Below are positions 59,318-64,000 of a stretch of 64,000 nt of DNA, piece by piece (position 1 is the first letter of the stretch; each line of letters begins with the position of its first letter). This DNA is from Nitrospirota bacterium (GTDB taxonomy: Bacteria > Nitrospirota > UBA9217): positions 352,001 to 416,000 of the forward strand of contig CAWFSF010000006.1 of assembly GCA_963818475.1 (NCBI GenBank), in the 5' to 3' direction. A program made the translations under genes and the position numbers. Under the pieces are notes generated by a model. That model was not told the origin of the DNA and did no database searches. It saw only the letters and a list, made by a program, of their open reading frames with translations.

Positions 59318-62056
59318 ATGAACCGGAAAAGATATCTGATGGTCGCAGTTATCCTGGCAGCATTGTTTTTTCTCCTGTCGGGTGCCGGCTATGCAGCCCC
59401 TGCGCTAATCGGTGCTATTACGGATACTGTGTATCGTCCGGCATGCCTCGCCATAGATTCCCAGGGAAACCTCTATGTGTCCGAGACGTCGAACGATATG
59501 TTTAAGGTTTATAATCGAAAAGGCAAGCTGCTTAAACAGTTCTCGGTCCAGCGTCCGATGGGTGTGGCGGTGGACGCCTCCGGATATATCTATATAGGAT
59601 CGGCAACCAGGGGCGCTGTTGATATTTATGCTCCGGATTACAAATATGTACGCAGTCTTGGCGCGGGCCAGGGCGAAATCGTCCGGCCGATGTCCATTGC
59701 CGTTGACGGCGGAAAGGTGTACGTCCTTGACAGCGACACAAGCATGGTCCGTATCTACGATTCGTCAACAGCTCAGTTCCTGTTCAGCTTCGGCGGCAGC
59801 GGCAGCACGGACGGTCTTTTTAACGTGCCAACTGCCGTTGCCGTAAATGACGCTACGAACGAGATCTTTGTTGCCGATCTTCGGAAGACACTGGATAGTA
59901 CCGGCGTACTCATCAATGGCGCAAAAATACAGGTATTTGACAAGGCGGGCGCATTCAAGAGATCTTTTGGTACTTACGGTTTCGAGGCGGGAAAGATCGG
60001 CAAACCGGTAGGCCTGGCTTTGGATGGTTCCGGCAATATTTTTATTTGCGACCTTATTCAGGGCGCGGTCCTTTCCTTTGATGCGGCAACAGGAGCGTTC
60101 AACAATACCGCACTCTATAAAGCTGAAAGCTCGAAGCCCCTGGGCGTAGCAATCGGAAAAAACAAGATCGCTTATGTATCGTTAGCGAACTACCTCAGGA
60201 GTATTGACGTCTACGGTCTTGATGGATTCACGACCATGGATGAGGCGCCGGCCGCCCTGACCTTCGAAAGCAAACAGCTGACCGCGAACGCCGAAGCCCA
60301 GACTGTCACGATCACCAACACGGGAAATGGTTCTTTAGGATGGACCGCAGCGGCTGATAGCAACTGGATAACATTGGGTGCCGCGAGCGGGACCGCAGGC
60401 CCGAACAGCACGAGCAGCCTTGCCATTGGTACGAATAACGCGGACCTGACGGCCGGCACGTACCAGGGCGTGGTAACGGTAACGTCTGATTTCGGCCAGA
60501 TAGACAGGATTCCCGTAACGTTTACGGTAACTCCTGCGGCAACGATCGGCTTCAGCAATGGATCGGTCGCGGTTGCCGCCAAAAAGGGCAAAACGCCCGA
60601 TGCTCAACCAATAACGATCACGGTACAGAATGCAGAATCGCTGCCGTGGTCCGCTTCCTCTGATTCCTCCTGGCTTCTCATTTCCCCGGCCAATGGCACG
60701 GCAACCGCAGCATCAGCTCTCTCTATTAATATGGCGGGTGTCAATCCCGGAACGCATACCGGCCATATCACGCTTTCCGCGCCGACTGCCATAGGAGACG
60801 GCAGCAAGATGACCGTCACCCTCACGGTGACCGCAGGTACGAAGATCAGCGTGGCTTCGAACATTCCGGAGGCCAGGTTTACCGTCGTAAGCACAGCCGC
60901 TACCTATACGGGCTCCGGCGTGGCATGGAGCGTCGAGGACGTTCCGCTGGGAGATTACACTGTTACCTTTGATGCGGTAAGCGGATATCGGAAGCCCCTT
61001 GCCCAAACAAAAAGCCTGACTGATACGGAAATTGCACTGTCGGGAAACTACCGTTCTCATGCCGATATCGCAAGCCGCACGAATATCATTGTCGGCAAAG
61101 GCGCGCATCCGAACAATGACTCCAGGGTCAGGATATACAGGAACGACGGCGCCCCGGCTGCTGATATCATGGCTTTCGGTTTGGACAGCAGATTCGGGAC
61201 CAATGTAACATCAGCTGATATCGACGGAGATGGGATTGCAGAGCTTATCGCGGAAAGCGGCGCTGGTGCGGACAAGCCATCCGTTGTGCGAGTGCTCAAA
61301 TCCGATGGAACAACGCTGGTTGAGCTTGCGCCCTTTACTGCGCCCGGCAGGGCCAATGTGGCCGCAGGTGATCTGAACGGCGATGGCAGGGCGGAGCTCG
61401 TGGTCGCCCCGGCGGATAATGATATGAACGCCTTGGTCAAGGTGTATACCTACAGGGCGGACACGAAGGAGATGGTGGCAACGGGGATCGAGCTTACCGC
61501 TCTTGGATACGATCAGGCGGTAGCGGTTGCCGTTGCGGATACCGACGGCAGTCCTGCGTCGAAGCTCGTTACCGCGTCTCATATGGTTATGAGCGTCTGG
61601 ACGATCGATGCCTCGAAGGGCGTCGGAAGCTGGTCAGCCTCACTCATGAATGATTTTAAAATCCTCGGCAGAGGCAACAAGGTTTCGCTCTCGGCCGGCG
61701 ATATTGATGGTGACGGCAGGGATGAACTTATTGCCGGCGATGGGGCAGGTGTGGCCAATGCCTCATCATCGAATGCGCCATCAGGGGTCATGATCTTCAA
61801 AACCGATGGCGCCATGGCGGGGAATTTTGCTCCCGCCGCTAACTTCCCGAACGGGATGAGCGTGGCGGCAGCCGACCTGACCGGCGATGGTATCGCTGAA
61901 GTGATCGTCGGTTCCGGGGTGGATCAGCGCACTGGAGGACGTAAATCTTCAAGCGTCATGATATTTGACGCGTCAGGAAAGCTTTTGAATACCATAACGC
62001 CCGACGCAAGTTCGCAAAGCGGTCTGAACGTCACGGTTGGAGAGATGGGATTATGA
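59318..62056 (+). CDS. Secreted NHL propeller + two BACON-like Ig domains + FG-GAP repeat protein
   Basis: NHL repeats, WTAAADSNWITL/WSASSDSSWLLI, and repeated DIDGDG/DLNGDG/DLTGDG Ca-binding motifs. Confidence 0.82.
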   Translation: MNRKRYLMVAVILAALFFLLSGAGYAAPALIGAITDTVYRPACLAIDSQGNLYVSETSNDMFKVYNRKGKLLKQFSVQRPMGVAVDASGYIYIGSATRGAVDIYAPDYKYVRSLGAGQGEIVRPMSIAVDGGKVYVLDSDTSMVRIYDSSTAQFLFSFGGSGSTDGLFNVPTAVAVNDATNEIFVADLRKTLDSTGVLINGAKIQVFDKAGAFKRSFGTYGFEAGKIGKPVGLALDGSGNIFICDLIQGAVLSFDAATGAFNNTALYKAESSKPLGVAIGKNKIAYVSLANYLRSIDVYGLDGFTTMDEAPAALTFESKQLTANAEAQTVTITNTGNGSLGWTAAADSNWITLGAASGTAGPNSTSSLAIGTNNADLTAGTYQGVVTVTSDFGQIDRIPVTFTVTPAATIGFSNGSVAVAAKKGKTPDAQPITITVQNAESLPWSASSDSSWLLISPANGTATAASALSINMAGVNPGTHTGHITLSAPTAIGDGSKMTVTLTVTAGTKISVASNIPEARFTVVSTAATYTGSGVAWSVEDVPLGDYTVTFDAVSGYRKPLAQTKSLTDTEIALSGNYRSHADIASRTNIIVGKGAHPNNDSRVRIYRNDGAPAADIMAFGLDSRFGTNVTSADIDGDGIAELIAESGAGADKPSVVRVLKSDGTTLVELAPFTAPGRANVAAGDLNGDGRAELVVAPADNDMNALVKVYTYRADTKEMVATGIELTALGYDQAVAVAVADTDGSPASKLVTASHMVMSVWTIDASKGVGSWSASLMNDFKILGRGNKVSLSAGDIDGDGRDELIAGDGAGVANASSSNAPSGVMIFKTDGAMAGNFAPAANFPNGMSVAAADLTGDGIAEVIVGSGVDQRTGGRKSSSVMIFDASGKLLNTITPDASSQSGLNVTVGEMGL

Positions 62057-62085
62057 GGCGCTTAAAGCACGAAGGAGCGGGGACT

Positions 62086-64000
62086 ATGAAGAAATCGAAT
62101 TACACACTGATCTCACTCGTACTACTGGTAGGAATGTACTGTGCTGCAAGCGTGTCATACGCGCTCGATGCGCCGCATAACCCCGCTAACACCGCGGTCC
62201 CAGTCGTCTGCAATAAGTGCCACTACCCCGCGGGTCAGGTGCCGGGCTGGGTGACGAGAACTCCTCCGGTAGGCAGCACGTACCTGAACGAGCTCTGCAT
62301 AGTTTGTCATTCTTCAAATAGCGGCTTCGTCGCGAACGCGAAGTCTGAGGACGTCCTCACCCATTCAAGCTATGTGACCCTTCCCACGAATACTAACATC
62401 CCCGTCTATCTCATGGAATGCCGCAACTGCCATAACCCGCATACGCAGGACCAGATGAGGGCAAATCCCTCCCTGGGTGATATTGAGTCAGGTGTTACGT
62501 CCGCCGTATTTGCTTCCTCGCTGACAGACAGCACTAAAAACTGGGTGGTAAACCGGTTTAAGGATGCATTGCTGCTGCCGAATGGGGCTTACGTGTCGAA
62601 TGCATATGTGATCACGGGTAATACCGCGACTACGCTTAACGTCATCGGCCCCATGAACATAAAGTCTCCCTATGCAGGCGCAGGTACAACCTATAAGATC
62701 AAATATGGCAAACTGGTGAAGACGTCTGTCAAATTACCGGCCGGCGGCACAATGCCCGTCACATTCGTGTCCAATACCGGGGCCAATTCCTTTGTAAACA
62801 CGCCGACCGTGAATGGGGTATGTCAGGTATGCCACACCCTTACCAAGGGCTTCAAAAGAGACGGATCCATGAGTTGGTCAGGTCATGCCGGTCAACCAGG
62901 CGCTAATTGCACCGAGTCCTGCCATCTGCACAAGAACGGGTTCAAAGGCCTTCTTGGCCTGGGCGCTGGTTGCAACGCCTGCCACGGCGCTCCGCCAACA
63001 GACTCAACGCTAATCACTGTTGATAAAAATCAGGTGGGCGTCACCTCACAGTCTAACGGCGCCGGCGCTCACGCGATACACACGGCACTTGACCCTGTCA
63101 ACACCTGCGTAAACTGTCATCTCGGCGGCATGGCTCCGCTGCTTGGAGCGACTGAGGCTGGCAACAAAATAACCATGGGCTTTTCCTTGGCGACCGTTAC
63201 TATCCCTGGCACCTATGATGGTGAATCCGGACGGACCACTTTTGATTATGAGCAAAAAGGAACGACTGTTGTTACCAGAAACAATAACTTTACCTGTACG
63301 AACCTGTATTGTCACAGCAATGTGCAGACGGGAACCGGCGGTACTGCCTCTGCTGCTACCTCAACGCCGAGCTGGTACAATACAGCAAGCGGCCAGTGCG
63401 GCACCTGCCACTTGGGAGATGGCGTACAGGGCAACGCGAGCCTGATCAGTACGGGAAGCCATACCAAGCATGTGACCCTGGCAACCTATAACTTTTCCTG
63501 CGGCCAGTGCCATAATAACGCCGGCACCGGGAACGCGAACCACGTTGACAATAATATTCAAGTATCGCTCCTTGGCACCGGCGCTTACAGTCAGGTGCCC
63601 AATACCCCGAAAAACGGCTACGGCAACTGCTCGACGAGCTATTGCCACAGCACCGGCCAGTCTTCGACGGGCGGCTTACCGGCAACCTACGTCACGGCCA
63701 CCTGGGGCACCACGCTGGGCTGCAACGGCTGCCATGTGAACATGAACTCCAGCCCCGTTGCTCCGGGCAGCCACATCAGCCATGTCCAGTCCGCGCCCAA
63801 CTACGCGTGTTCGGTCTGTCACAATGGTTATACTGCGTCTGCGGTCAATCCTTCTACCCACGTAAAAAATGGTTCCATCGATGTCGCGATTACCGGCTAT
63901 GGCGCTGGCGCGTATTACACAGGCGGCACGACCAGCGGCAATCACGCCAGCGGCGGAGGATACGGCACCTGTAACGCATCGATGTGCCACGGCAGCAAGT
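62086..64000 (+). CDS. Large secreted multiheme c-type cytochrome (CxxCH/CxxxxCH type), partial at the window end
   Basis: Manual translation gives an open frame of more than 630 codons after an AAGGAG RBS, with a signal peptide, 10 CxxCH, 1 CxxxCH and 3 CxxxxCH. Absent from the ORF track because no stop codon is in the window. Confidence 0.9.
   Translation, partial: MKKSNYTLISLVLLVGMYCAASVSYALDAPHNPANTAVPVVCNKCHYPAGQVPGWVTRTPPVGSTYLNELCIVCHSSNSGFVANAKSEDVLTHSSYVTLPTNTNIPVYLMECRNCHNPHTQDQMRANPSLGDIESGVTSAVFASSLTDSTKNWVVNRFKDALLLPNGAYVSNAYVITGNTATTLNVIGPMNIKSPYAGAGTTYKIKYGKLVKTSVKLPAGGTMPVTFVSNTGANSFVNTPTVNGVCQVCHTLTKGFKRDGSMSWSGHAGQPGANCTESCHLHKNGFKGLLGLGAGCNACHGAPPTDSTLITVDKNQVGVTSQSNGAGAHAIHTALDPVNTCVNCHLGGMAPLLGATEAGNKITMGFSLATVTIPGTYDGESGRTTFDYEQKGTTVVTRNNNFTCTNLYCHSNVQTGTGGTASAATSTPSWYNTASGQCGTCHLGDGVQGNASLISTGSHTKHVTLATYNFSCGQCHNNAGTGNANHVDNNIQVSLLGTGAYSQVPNTPKNGYGNCSTSYCHSTGQSSTGGLPATYVTATWGTTLGCNGCHVNMNSSPVAPGSHISHVQSAPNYACSVCHNGYTASAVNPSTHVKNGSIDVAITGYGAGAYYTGGTTSGNHASGGGYGTCNASMCHGSK

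Overview
A 64-kb chromosomal segment from an anaerobic Gram-negative bacterium. Gene content suggests Nitrospirota or Desulfobacterota; this is inference, and no marker gene was tested. The left half is mostly housekeeping: trpS, tRNA-Ala(CGC), purNM, a long yceD-rpmF-plsX-fabH...fabD-fabG-acpP-fabF-rnc operon, bioA, a Do/DegQ-family protease gene, yebC-ruvCAB and queH. Unusually, an acyl-CoA-dehydrogenase/EtfB/ferredoxin-EtfA trio sits inside the fab operon where an enoyl-ACP reductase is often found. It is a candidate electron-bifurcating enoyl-ACP reductase. The right half carries an apparent extracellular-electron-transfer region with two OmcE-like tetraheme cytochromes, NHL propeller proteins, a SurA/PpiC-like foldase, a poly-Asn outer-membrane barrel and a large CxxCH/CxxxxCH cytochrome that runs off the edge and is missed by the ORF track. 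It also has three sigma54+IHF promoters, a Fet-like MacB ABC/DUF2318/ResB-like operon, stand-alone TMTC-like TPR tails and a repeat-rich surface protein. About 12 single-base insertions split conserved genes and are probably sequencing errors. Many periodic inverted-repeat elements lie at gene junctions.
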